Assembly (NCBI GenBank): GCA_043745805.1 | Contig: JAYTSD010000046.1 | Coordinates: 63,560-127,559, forward strand | Length of the DNA stretch: 64,000 nucleotides | Direction: 5' to 3' | DNA from: Fibrobacteria bacterium | GTDB taxonomy: Bacteria > Fibrobacterota > Fibrobacteria > UBA11236 | Shown here: positions 10,927 through 20,752 of the stretch, piece after piece | Position numbering within the stretch: position 1 is the stretch's first letter | Layout: each line of letters begins with the position of its first letter | The notes under the pieces: generated by a model | What the model was told of the DNA's origin: nothing | What the model saw: the letters and a program-made list of their open reading frames with translations, nothing else | Databases searched by the model: none | Translations under genes and position numbers: made by a program

Positions 10927-11427
10927 TTATTTCACAGCGGCGAGTGCTGCAACATAATTGGGTTCTTGTGTGATTTCAGGAACTTGTTCGGTATAAATTA
11001 CCTTACCGCTTCCATCTACAATCACAATTGCACGAGATAAAAGCCCAGCCATACCACTTTCGGCTATGGTTACTCCATATTGCTTATCAAACGAGTTATC
11101 GCGTAAAGAAGATGTGGTGATAACTTTTTCAATGCCTTCGGCGCCACAAAAGCGTTTTAAGGCAAATGGCGTATCCTTGGAAACACCTATGACCACGGTA
11201 TTGACTAATTCTGAAGCTTCTTGATTGAATTTGCGTACCGACATAGAACAAATTCCGGTATCAATACTAGGGAAAATATTTAAAATGACTTTTTTGCCGG
11301 CAAAGTCTTTAAGGGTGATATCCGATAAATCGGATTTGGTAAGTTTGAAATCGGGCGCTTGAGATCCTACGCTAGGAAGTTCGCCAATGGTATTAATGGA
11401 ATTGCCTTTGAGTGTAATTTGTGCCAT
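10927..11427 (-). CDS. tpx: Thiol peroxidase
   Basis: FPSIDTGIC...RFCGAEGI; QVPEI..EPNY. Confidence 0.95.
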   Translation of the reverse strand: MAQITLKGNSINTIGELPSVGSQAPDFKLTKSDLSDITLKDFAGKKVILNIFPSIDTGICSMSVRKFNQEASELVNTVVIGVSKDTPFALKRFCGAEGIEKVITTSSLRDNSFDKQYGVTIAESGMAGLLSRAIVIVDGSGKVIYTEQVPEITQEPNYVAALAAVK

Positions 11428-11774
11428 GTGTTTCTTTCATATTTCGTTTCGGAAAAATCCGAATTGGTGTTCAAGCCGTAAATATAGCTAATCCATGATT
11501 GTGAAGGTGAGAAAACTGAATTTGTCAGCCTATAAATGTCCGAAATTGTAAGAATGTTGGGCGTTGTAAAAAAATGGAAATCTCAATTGTAACATCGTCG
11601 CTACAACTGAAAAATTTGAGGTTACCTCAATGTCACAATTTGCTAAGGCTTGTAATACTGAAATCTGTATTAATAAATATATAATAAATAATATTACTAT
11701 CATTTTCGATTTGACTTTCGTCTAAAAAACAGCGATACTATTATCAGCTAAATCAATTTCGAAAAGGAAATATT

Positions 11775-11942
11775 ATGAGCGAAAATGCACAATCCACTTG
11801 GAGTCAAATGATACCCTCTCTAAAATCATCAATGAGCCATGCAAAAAATGAAAATCCTGAATATCAAAAAATCGCCATGCTTATGGTGATAACCGAAAAT
11901 CTGCAAAAACGCTTGGATGCAAAAATCAAGTTAAAATACTAA
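11775..11942 (+). CDS. Small hypothetical protein (55 aa)
   Basis: Read by hand: MSENAQSTWSQMIPSLKSS...KIKLKY; RBS AAAGGA; TTGACT-17-GATACT upstream. Confidence 0.5.
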   Translation: MSENAQSTWSQMIPSLKSSMSHAKNENPEYQKIAMLMVITENLQKRLDAKIKLKY

Positions 11943-11953
11943 ATCCTTTTTAA

Positions 11954-12574
11954 CTAATACTTAAATCCGTATTGGCCTAAATTAAGCAAAAGACTTTGAA
12001 ACTTATCATCCTCTATAGAGTGATAAAAACCATAAAGCGCTTGATTGAAAGTAAATGCCAACGGGCTTGCTTTGGTGGCCGAACCTACCGTAATTTGTTT
12101 TAAGCCGGTAGTCGGAGAATACCACAATACAGAAATATTGTAGCCAGAATTGTTCATCGAGGAAGTCATCTCAGTTTTAAAATTATGCAGTAAGGATTTT
12201 AAGGAGTCAATGAATAAGGTATCTCCTAAATGAGTCAGGCGGAAAATGCTCACACTATCGACGCGTTCGTTTAAGTTGGTAATGGAATCATGATATTGGC
12301 CTTTGATTAAAAAAGTCAATAATCCGTTTTGAAAACGTAGAATATGCGTAAACCCAATAGTTCCAGTGGTATTACTCGCGTTAATGATTAAGCAAGAATC
12401 TGAATTGGAAATGATTTGCATTTCGATTTTGGGATATTCATGCAATTCACTAATAGGGAAGCTAATCACATCATGCATGGCATTGGGCTTATACTCGGCT
12501 TGAGTATGCAAATGCGTATAAATGAGCATCACCAAAAGCAATAGAATTGTTACTTGATAAAAGCGATGCGACAT
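11954..12574 (-). CDS. Hypothetical exported or membrane-anchored protein
   Basis: 206 aa with N-terminal hydrophobic segment; 4 bp downstream of hemL. Confidence 0.6.
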   Translation of the reverse strand: MSHRFYQVTILLLLVMLIYTHLHTQAEYKPNAMHDVISFPISELHEYPKIEMQIISNSDSCLIINASNTTGTIGFTHILRFQNGLLTFLIKGQYHDSITNLNERVDSVSIFRLTHLGDTLFIDSLKSLLHNFKTEMTSSMNNSGYNISVLWYSPTTGLKQITVGSATKASPLAFTFNQALYGFYHSIEDDKFQSLLLNLGQYGFKY

Positions 12575-12578
12575 TGTG

Positions 12579-13859
12579 TTATAAGTTCGCTATCACTTTT
12601 TTAGTGGCGAAAGAAACCTTCTCTAAAACCGCATCATTATGCGCCGCAGAAATAAAAGCCGCTTCAAATTGTGAGGGCGCTAAATAAATCCCTTCGTCTA
12701 ACATACCGCGAAAAAACTTTCCATACATTTCTGTGTCACAAGTTAAGGCACTAGCATAGTCCATAATAGCATTTGCGGAAAAAAATAAAGTCATCATCGA
12801 TCCTACGCGATTAATAGTGGTTTTAAGCGGCGAGCCTTGCAAGGCTTCGTGCAAACCCTTTTCCCATTTCGCGGCTCTTTGTTCTAGGTTGGCATAAAAT
12901 CCTGGTTTTTCGATTTCGTTTAAAGTGGCCAAGCCAGCAGCCGTAGCAAGTGGGTTACCGGATAAAGTTCCCGCTTGGTAAACAGGTCCTAAAGGACTGA
13001 GTTTATCCATAATGTCGGCATGACCGCCATAAGCGGCCAAGGGAAGGCCGCCACCAATAACTTTCCCCATGGTGGTGAGGTCGGGTTTAATGCCATATAA
13101 ACCTTGCGCGCCTTGTAGGCTTACGCGAAAGCCAGTCATCACTTCATCTAAAATTAATAAGCTTTGATATTGATCGCAAAGCGTACGCAAGCCATTTAAA
13201 AACCCCGATGCAGGAATAATAACACCCATGTTACCTACAATGGGTTCTACAATAATGGCGGCTATTTGTGTGGGATTGGCAATAAATAAGGCGTCGACAG
13301 AATTTAAATCATTGAAGTCGGCCAATAAGGTATCTTGTGCGGCACCTGCGGTTACGCCGGGACTTGAGGGATGGCCAAAAGTTAAGGCGCCCGAACCCGC
13401 TGCAATTAAAAAGCTGTCGCCATGCCCATGATAACAGCCTTTGAATTTGATGATTTTATCTCTTTGTGTAAAGCCGCGTGCTAAGCGTACGGCGCTCATG
13501 GTGGCTTCCGTCCCGGAGTTTACCAAACGCACTTTTTCAACCGAAGGAAGTATAGCACAAATTTTTTCCGCGATTTCGGTTTCGGCTTCGGTGCAGGCTC
13601 CAAAGCTTGCGCCTTTTTGTGCCGCTTCAACAATCGCATTAACGACTGCGGGATGGGTATGTCCTAATATCATCGGACCCCAGGAACCTACAAAGTCAAT
13701 GTATTCTTTGCCCTCGGCATCGTATAAATAAGGGCCTTTTGCAGATCGAATAAAAATAGGATTGCGGCCTACGGATTTAAATGCTCTGACCGGTGAATTG
13801 ACCCCACCTGGAATAAAGCGTTGGGCTTTTTCAAATAGGGTATCTTGAAAGTTACGCAT
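12579..13859 (-). CDS. hemL: Glutamate-1-semialdehyde 2,1-aminomutase
   Basis: PGGVNSPVRAF; YHGHGD; DEVMTGFR; GKVIGGGLP. Confidence 0.97.
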   Translation of the reverse strand: MRNFQDTLFEKAQRFIPGGVNSPVRAFKSVGRNPIFIRSAKGPYLYDAEGKEYIDFVGSWGPMILGHTHPAVVNAIVEAAQKGASFGACTEAETEIAEKICAILPSVEKVRLVNSGTEATMSAVRLARGFTQRDKIIKFKGCYHGHGDSFLIAAGSGALTFGHPSSPGVTAGAAQDTLLADFNDLNSVDALFIANPTQIAAIIVEPIVGNMGVIIPASGFLNGLRTLCDQYQSLLILDEVMTGFRVSLQGAQGLYGIKPDLTTMGKVIGGGLPLAAYGGHADIMDKLSPLGPVYQAGTLSGNPLATAAGLATLNEIEKPGFYANLEQRAAKWEKGLHEALQGSPLKTTINRVGSMMTLFFSANAIMDYASALTCDTEMYGKFFRGMLDEGIYLAPSQFEAAFISAAHNDAVLEKVSFATKKVIANL

Positions 13860-13869
13860 AATGTTTCCT

Positions 13870-14598
13870 TTAAAAATTTAAGGCGGCTACTAAACCTGCA
13901 TTGTCGGCGGATTTAGCTTCGCGAAAATGGGTATAACCTAATTGGTTTAACGTTTTGGATGTGGAGGGTCCAATGGAAATAATGGTTTTATGGGACTGGT
14001 TTTTTAAAGAGGCTGCCAATTTGGGGACGGACATAGAAAAATGTTCCACCGCAGAACCGGAACAAAAAAGAATGGCCTCCAAGTCCTCCCAATTCGCTTG
14101 TAATTGCTCGGCGGCTTGAGGGGGACAAAGTGGGGCATAAACCGGCAGATTTTGTATGACAATGCCTTTTGGTGCAAAGGTAGCGGGGCTTAATTTCGTG
14201 ATGAATGAGCAAGGATGCAGCCAATGCTCAGGTTTTTTAACTTGGATTTCCTGAAGGAAACCTTCTAAAGAAGCTATTTGTGGAATGAAACTTGGGGTAG
14301 CGCCCAAGGGATGTAATTTGGGAAGGCTTTGTTTTCCAATCAAGTAAATCGGCTTGGAGAACCATCCAGCTTTTTCTTGAATACTTAAAGCCTTTGCAAA
14401 ATACTCTATGCCATTGGGGCTGGAAAAAAAGAGACCGTTAAATTGCTCGGGATTTAAGGTGGCGATATGATTTGCCGATTCAGGTATTGCTGCAATTTCC
14501 AATAAGGGAATTTCTACGGCTACAAAGCCAGCGGCCATTAATGCTTCACTTAGCGCCGCAGCTTGTCCCAGGGGACGGGAATTTAAAACCCGTTTCAA
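13870..14598 (-). CDS. hemD: Uroporphyrinogen-III synthase
   Basis: SRP; FSSPNGI; SIGPST; located in hem operon. Confidence 0.85.
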   Translation of the reverse strand: MKRVLNSRPLGQAAALSEALMAAGFVAVEIPLLEIAAIPESANHIATLNPEQFNGLFFSSPNGIEYFAKALSIQEKAGWFSKPIYLIGKQSLPKLHPLGATPSFIPQIASLEGFLQEIQVKKPEHWLHPCSFITKLSPATFAPKGIVIQNLPVYAPLCPPQAAEQLQANWEDLEAILFCSGSAVEHFSMSVPKLAASLKNQSHKTIISIGPSTSKTLNQLGYTHFREAKSADNAGLVAALNF

Positions 14599-15569
14599 GC
14601 CTCACCTTTCAAAAGATGATGAGGAGGTAAATCTTTAGGAATAGGAATATTTTTCTCTTTACATTCTTCCAAAATTTTCCAGGTAACGTCTTCGAGCAAA
14701 AAGTCGAGATCATCCATACTTCCATTTTGTTCCACGCGAGCGATATTGCCTGTTTGCGGATCGCCGAGCATGGCCATAAACCTTAAGCCATCGCCATAAG
14801 GATAAGCATGGGCCGCCATAGGGATTTTACAGCCTCCTCCCACGGCTTTCATAAATTGACGCTCCAAGGTTACTGCCTCGGTGGTAATTTCATCCCGGAG
14901 CACGGAAAGAATTTCTTGCGTTTCCTCATCCTCTTCGCGGCATTCCAAGGCTAAGGCCGCTTGGCCGATCGCCGGAATCATATCCGAAAAAGAAATGGAA
15001 TGAATGGTAACTTCTTTGTTACTGCCATTTATTCCCAAGCGATTTAACCCAGCGGCGGCTAAAATTACTCCATCGAGTTCGCCTTCAGTAACTTTGCGGA
15101 TACGGGTTTCCACATTCCCACGTAAGTCTTGAAAAGTTAAATCGGGACGTAAAGCTTTAAGTTGCAAAACTCGACGAGGTGAGCCAGTGCCGATTTTGGC
15201 GCCTTTAGGTAAATCGCGAAATTTTAATCCTTTAGAAACAAAAACATCACGTGCATCTTCACGTTCAGGAAAACAACAGAGCATTAATCCCGCAGGTTCT
15301 TCTTCAGGAACATCTTTAAGCGAATGTATAGCGCAGTCAATTTCTTTAGACAATAAAGCCATTTGCAATTCTTTCACAAAAACGCCCATGCCCGCAAAGG
15401 CATGTAATTTGGTTTTTTGATCGAGGTCACCCGAAGTCTTAATGATTTTTAATTCAATCTCCAAATCGGGATGCGCTTCTTGTAGCAGCGCCAAGGTTTG
15501 TTTGCTTTGAGTTAAGGCGAGATCGCTACCGCGACTTCCCACAATTAATTTTGTTTTACTTTGGGTCAT
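14595..15569 (-). CDS. hemC: Hydroxymethylbilane synthase
   Basis: GSRGSDLALTQ; HSLKDVP; LRGNVETR; GGGCKIP. Confidence 0.96.
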   Translation of the reverse strand: MTQSKTKLIVGSRGSDLALTQSKQTLALLQEAHPDLEIELKIIKTSGDLDQKTKLHAFAGMGVFVKELQMALLSKEIDCAIHSLKDVPEEEPAGLMLCCFPEREDARDVFVSKGLKFRDLPKGAKIGTGSPRRVLQLKALRPDLTFQDLRGNVETRIRKVTEGELDGVILAAAGLNRLGINGSNKEVTIHSISFSDMIPAIGQAALALECREEDEETQEILSVLRDEITTEAVTLERQFMKAVGGGCKIPMAAHAYPYGDGLRFMAMLGDPQTGNIARVEQNGSMDDLDFLLEDVTWKILEECKEKNIPIPKDLPPHHLLKGEA

Positions 15570-16878
15570 GACATTTTTCTTCATTGAGGGAGAATAACAT
15601 TTCGGCATAGTAACTGGCGCGTTTACTTTCACCCAGTTCACCCATTTGCTTAAGGCCGGTAGTGGGTGGATGCAAAAATTTTTGCATTAAACTTTTACCA
15701 AAAGCTTCCATTTGCTTTTGCACTTCAGGGCTTTGCTGAGCGGCCCATTTTGTGATTTCTTGGGATGTGATTTTTTCGTATTTTTCGCGTAACTTGCGAA
15801 TGAGAGGAATGATTTCTAAGGAGTGAAACCAATTTTCTACTTTCACCAATTCTTCTTCGATAATAGCTTGGGCTTTTTCGGAAGCAATTTTTCGATGATT
15901 TACATTTTCATGCACCACATTTTTTAAATCGTCGATACTAAAAAGAAATACATTGTATACCGACCCTGCTTGGGGATCAATGTCGCGTGGAGCTGCGATA
16001 TCAATGAGAAAAAGCGGATTACCATTTTTTTGTTTGACAGCATCTTGTACTTGTTGTTTATGAATCACAATGTCGGGTGAACCCGTTGCGGAAATGAGAA
16101 TATCGCATTCGTACAACCGTTTAGGTAAATCCTGAAGGAGCGAAACTTGCCCTCCAAATTGGGCCGCTAGCTTTTCCGCTGAACCTAAGGAACGATTGAA
16201 GAAAATAAATTTATGCACGCCGGCACGATGTAAATGCTGTGCCGCTAATTCTCCCATTTCGCCTGCGCCTACCAGTCCAACCGTTCGGCCAGGTAAATTA
16301 CCTAAAACTTTTTTCGCCAATTCTACGGCCGCATAACTTATGGAAACAGCGCCTTCATGTATACTAGTTTCACTATGTACACGCTTGCCGGTATGTAAGC
16401 CGGTTTGGAAAATATGATTGAAATAAAAATCCACGGTTTGATTTTGCACGGCTTGTGCATAAGCCTCTTTGAGTTGACCAAAGATTTGCATTTCACCTAG
16501 CACTAAACTATCGAGCGAACTAATCACTCGAAATAAATGGGCGATGGCCGGTTTATGCACGTGAAAGTAGCAGTGATTGCGAATTTCATCTTCGCTAATG
16601 CCTTTTTTATCGGCCCAAACCTTTTCTAAGCCCTTACGACACTCTTCAGGATGGGACGTAATAGCATAGATTTCTGAGCGATTGCAGGTGGATAAAACGA
16701 CCACTTCACGCATACCGGGTATGGCTAAAAGCTGTTTACTAAACTCGGGGATTTCGGGATCTTTAACTAATAATTTATCTCTTAAATCCACCGAACCGGT
16801 AAGATGATTCACACCAATTACTATGGTATGAAATGCATCTTTTCCCAAGGTGTTTGGGGAATTTTGTGCTCCAGCCAT
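15556..16878 (-). CDS. hemA: Glutamyl-tRNA reductase
   Basis: LSTCNRSE; SLDSLVLGEMQI; GAGEMG; DIAAPRDI. Confidence 0.96.
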   Translation of the reverse strand: MAGAQNSPNTLGKDAFHTIVIGVNHLTGSVDLRDKLLVKDPEIPEFSKQLLAIPGMREVVVLSTCNRSEIYAITSHPEECRKGLEKVWADKKGISEDEIRNHCYFHVHKPAIAHLFRVISSLDSLVLGEMQIFGQLKEAYAQAVQNQTVDFYFNHIFQTGLHTGKRVHSETSIHEGAVSISYAAVELAKKVLGNLPGRTVGLVGAGEMGELAAQHLHRAGVHKFIFFNRSLGSAEKLAAQFGGQVSLLQDLPKRLYECDILISATGSPDIVIHKQQVQDAVKQKNGNPLFLIDIAAPRDIDPQAGSVYNVFLFSIDDLKNVVHENVNHRKIASEKAQAIIEEELVKVENWFHSLEIIPLIRKLREKYEKITSQEITKWAAQQSPEVQKQMEAFGKSLMQKFLHPPTTGLKQMGELGESKRASYYAEMLFSLNEEKCHDPK

Positions 16879-17684
16879 TAGGAATTGTATCCGTGAACAT
16901 TAAATAAATGCATAGCCAAAAGAATGAAAAACCCCAGTAATACAATCAAGGCAAATCTCTGCCCACGTAGACCGATTAAACGACGGGCAATTAAAGCACC
17001 AGCAAAAACGATTAGCACTAAATAAATACTGAATTCATGTAAGGACATCCCACGCAAATCACCTTTATGCACCCACCACCAGCCGAGTAATGAACTAATA
17101 GTCATGGTTATGCTACCGAGCAAGCACCATATGGCCGAGAGTTTATCGAGCTTTTCTAAAGGCGGGAGTTGGCGAAAGGTATGATCAAAGTTTTTGTTTT
17201 TTAATTTGCGATATAGTAATAAATACATGCTCGCCAAAACGGTGGCGACACTAAAACAAGCATACGAAGATAAGCTAGCAACAATATGAAAAATGAAAAA
17301 TGAGCTACGTAACTCGGGAGGGAAACTAAAATCCAAATTAAGAAAAACGGATCCCGCAGTTACCCCGAGCGTAATAGGAAGTAAGGTGAAAAACCCCAGT
17401 CGATTTGTGCCGGCCCACATTTCTGAGGCAATGTGAAAAAATACTACCATCCAAGCCCAAAATAAAGCGCCCTCACCCCAAGTTCCTAACGGACAACGTT
17501 TGAAATAAGCCGCAATCAAAAACAAAAATGCAGAGTGTAAAGCGATAACCACATAGAGGCGGCTTTTGGCCGCTTTAACAAAATGCTGATCTTGTTCGGA
17601 AAAAAATAAGCGTGCGTGAGTCCACGTTACCCAAGCATAAGCCAATGGTAAAAATAATCGAAAAATATTAAGCGTTGTTTCCAT
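16878..17684 (-). CDS. CcsA/HemX-like cytochrome c assembly membrane protein
   Basis: Multi-TM with conserved His and LPPLEKLD; coupled to hemA (TAATG). Confidence 0.8.
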   Translation of the reverse strand: METTLNIFRLFLPLAYAWVTWTHARLFFSEQDQHFVKAAKSRLYVVIALHSAFLFLIAAYFKRCPLGTWGEGALFWAWMVVFFHIASEMWAGTNRLGFFTLLPITLGVTAGSVFLNLDFSFPPELRSSFFIFHIVASLSSYACFSVATVLASMYLLLYRKLKNKNFDHTFRQLPPLEKLDKLSAIWCLLGSITMTISSLLGWWWVHKGDLRGMSLHEFSIYLVLIVFAGALIARRLIGLRGQRFALIVLLGFFILLAMHLFNVHGYNS

Positions 17685-17753
17685 GACTACAAAATAGTAA
17701 TTGCGACTGGTCTACAATTGCATTCGGTAATCATGGTCAGAGAGGTTTGTTAA

Positions 17754-18059
17754 TTATAAACCTGGGATTTGTAAGCCCTTAGTGACGCCGCCCATTTTCT
17801 CTTGTGATGCTTCATCAACCTTGGCTTTAACCGCATTCACTGCGGCCACTATTAAATCTTCTAAGGCTTCGACATCATCGGGATCAACGGCTTCCTTAGA
17901 GATTTTAATTTCTTGCAATTCAAATTTGCCATTCATCACGGCTTTAACCGCTCCTCCACCCATTTCTGCGGTGAAATTGGAGCTTTCCATTTCTTCCTGA
18001 ATGCGGGACATTTTACCCTGCATTTTTTGCAATTCTTTCATCATTTTTTGCATATTCAT
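17754..18059 (-). CDS. ybaB: YbaB/EbfC nucleoid-associated protein
   Basis: GGGAVK; DPDDVEALEDLIVAAVN; downstream of dnaX. Confidence 0.93.
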   Translation of the reverse strand: MNMQKMMKELQKMQGKMSRIQEEMESSNFTAEMGGGAVKAVMNGKFELQEIKISKEAVDPDDVEALEDLIVAAVNAVKAKVDEASQEKMGGVTKGLQIPGL

Positions 18060-18080
18060 TGGAGTTCTCCTAATTGATGT

Positions 18081-19697
18081 TTAATCGACAAGACGTGCTT
18101 GAAATAAATTTTGTAGGGTTTGAATAATCGGTTCACGATTAATTAATTCTTGCAATGAAATTTCTGGAGTCATGGAGGGCGATCCCCAAGCTTCCGGAAT
18201 ACCCAAATTGGAAATAGATTTTGTGAGCGCTGTCGATACCACTGTCGATGGCATAGGCCTTACCTGAAGTTTTTCTTCAGGTAACTCAATTGTTACGGTA
18301 TATTCCTCCGTGGGAGGAGGTGCCGTATTTTCTTGGAGTGTCATTTCGGATTCAGCTGCAGGATTTGCGGAGGAAGATTCTTCTGCTTGAGGGCGAATAG
18401 TTTTTAACTCCACCGTTTTAATGGGCACCATAATGTCGGATGCGGTAGTAACCGCGGGCGTCGTGAAATTCGAGACGGGAATAGTAGCCGGCTCAAGAGC
18501 TAAAGTATTAAGCGGCGTTAGATTTTTTTTTTTGCCGACTTCACTTGAGCTGTCGGAGGGGATTGAGGAGGGTTTTTCACCTGCTAATAAAGCCGATAAG
18601 GTCACCACTTTATCAAGATGCGCCATGCGCGCAAACCCCAATTCCACGGCTAAGCGCGGATGCACCGCATGACGTAATCCGCTGAGTATATCGGAGACTA
18701 TTTTAGCATAACGTAAAATATCACCATCTTTTAATTCGTTAGCTAAGCTGCGTAGTTTTTGCCAACGATTTTCGCTTAAACCTAATTGAAGTGCCGTAGA
18801 TCCTTCTTGACGTGCAAAAAGTAAATCCCGCAAAAACTCACCAAAGCCAATTAAAAATTCGGAGTTCTCGATACCTAATCCTTGATACTGTTCGATCACG
18901 GCGAAGCAAGCGGAAGGTTCATGAGTAAGCAAACCGGAGAGCATATTTTCAAATAATTCTTCGGGTGGAATTCCCAATACTTTTTGTACGGCGGCAAAAT
19001 TTAAGTCGGATCCAGAAAAAGCGTATACTTGATCAAAAAGACTTAATGCATCACGCATACTGCCATCGGCTTTGCGGGCGATAGTTTCTAAGGCGATAAG
19101 CTCAGGCTGAATATTTTCTTCTTTGCAAATAAATTCTAAACGACCACGAATATGCGCTTCGGAAATTCTTTTAAAATCAAAACGTTGTACACGCGATAAA
19201 ATAGTATGCGGCACTTTATTGGATTCGGTGGTGGCAAAAATAAACACCACATGCGGTGGTGGTTCTTCTAAAGTTTTTAATAAAGCATTGAAGGCCGGCT
19301 TAGAAAGCATATGTACTTCATCGATGATATATACTTTGTACTTGCCTTGCATGGGCGCATACTTCACTTGCTCGCGCAGTTCACGAATATTATCCACACT
19401 ATTATTTGACGCGCCATCGATTTCCAAAACATCCATGGAATTGCCAGCCCCCACGGCTATACAATTTTGACAGACTTCGCAGGGCTTGGGAGTTGGCCCG
19501 TTTAAACAATTTAAAGCTTTAGCCAAAATACGTGCGGAAGTGGTTTTGCCCACGCCACGTGTACCTGTAAACAAATAAGCATGACCAATTCGTCCGCCTT
19601 CTATGGCATTGCGAATCGTTTGTGCAATATGATCTTGTCCAACCATTTCTTCAAAATTACGTGGCCGCCATTTGCGAGCCATTACCATATATGACAT
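18081..19697 (-). CDS. dnaX: DNA polymerase III subunit gamma/tau
   Basis: ARKWRP; GTRGVGKTT; Zn-Cys cluster; DEVHMLS; low-complexity C-terminal tail. Confidence 0.96.
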   Translation of the reverse strand: MSYMVMARKWRPRNFEEMVGQDHIAQTIRNAIEGGRIGHAYLFTGTRGVGKTTSARILAKALNCLNGPTPKPCEVCQNCIAVGAGNSMDVLEIDGASNNSVDNIRELREQVKYAPMQGKYKVYIIDEVHMLSKPAFNALLKTLEEPPPHVVFIFATTESNKVPHTILSRVQRFDFKRISEAHIRGRLEFICKEENIQPELIALETIARKADGSMRDALSLFDQVYAFSGSDLNFAAVQKVLGIPPEELFENMLSGLLTHEPSACFAVIEQYQGLGIENSEFLIGFGEFLRDLLFARQEGSTALQLGLSENRWQKLRSLANELKDGDILRYAKIVSDILSGLRHAVHPRLAVELGFARMAHLDKVVTLSALLAGEKPSSIPSDSSSEVGKKKNLTPLNTLALEPATIPVSNFTTPAVTTASDIMVPIKTVELKTIRPQAEESSSANPAAESEMTLQENTAPPPTEEYTVTIELPEEKLQVRPMPSTVVSTALTKSISNLGIPEAWGSPSMTPEISLQELINREPIIQTLQNLFQARLVD

Positions 19698-20599
19698 TAA
19701 ACTTTCCGTCCACGATAAGGGATATCAAGATTGACTACCAAAACAACTTCGTTTCCAATTTCATTGTAAATGATTTCATCGAAAGCATAACGGGCCATCA
19801 TAATGCCGCGACCGTTGCGATTTAATAAATTTTCTTTATTCGTAGGATCGGGTAAGGTATGCCAATTAAAACCTTGCCCTTGATCGGTGATAATATATTC
19901 TATGCGGCGCAAATGAGGAAAGATTTTAGAGCGAATGGTTACCACTCGAGATTGAAAGGGTTCTTGATGAGCTCTTTCAATCGCCAAAGAATAGAAGCGT
20001 GAGGCTTTTAAAGCGTTACTTTTTTCTTCGAAGGAAATCCCCAAGTTACCATGCTCAATGGCATTGTTAATGATTTCGGATAAACCCAAAATAACATGAT
20101 AGCGATGTTTTTCATTAGGGGGTAGGGTATAGGAAACTAAACTCTTTGCCACTTGCATCACTAAGGAAAAATCATTGGGCATCACGATAATGCGTTCTTC
20201 ATAAATTAGCGCAAAGGGATTATAGGTTTCGGTGTGATTCGCAATAACTTTACTGAGATTATATGCAAAATCATCGGGACGAAAAGGTAGTCCCAAACAA
20301 GCATAAGTTCCTGCTTGTAATAATTCCACTACCATATTTTTATAGGAATCATCGAGTATGGCAAATAAAGGTAGGTCAGGATATTCGATTTTTATTTTGC
20401 GCACATACTCTAAAGGATGTTCGGGAATTTTATTCGCATTAAATGCGAACGCAAAAAATTGGCCTTTGGCTAAAAGGCGTTGAGCATCTTGGGCGTTAAA
20501 AGCCGTTTCCATGGCAAAGTCATGATTGAGAACAATAGTTTGAATAACCTCAAGGACAGCATCGTCCGATTCCAAAAGCAAAAGAGTTTTAGAATTCAT
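19697..20599 (-). CDS. Atypical receiver domain + RsbW-like HATPase protein
   Basis: Degenerate REC; EIINNAIEHGN, DQGQGF, GRGI; start ATG20599 (or 20638). Confidence 0.75.
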   Translation of the reverse strand: MNSKTLLLLESDDAVLEVIQTIVLNHDFAMETAFNAQDAQRLLAKGQFFAFAFNANKIPEHPLEYVRKIKIEYPDLPLFAILDDSYKNMVVELLQAGTYACLGLPFRPDDFAYNLSKVIANHTETYNPFALIYEERIIVMPNDFSLVMQVAKSLVSYTLPPNEKHRYHVILGLSEIINNAIEHGNLGISFEEKSNALKASRFYSLAIERAHQEPFQSRVVTIRSKIFPHLRRIEYIITDQGQGFNWHTLPDPTNKENLLNRNGRGIMMARYAFDEIIYNEIGNEVVLVVNLDIPYRGRKV

Positions 20600-20752
20600 C
20601 CCCAAAAAAATCCCATCTATAAGTTTAATCGATCCCATGCCAGCTTATGGCCAAGCCTAAATTTAGTTAATCAAAAAGGAAATGAAACGGATAATTTGCA
20701 ACCTTCGACGTGTAATCCTCAACTAGTTCGAACGATTTTTCTCAAGCGCAAA

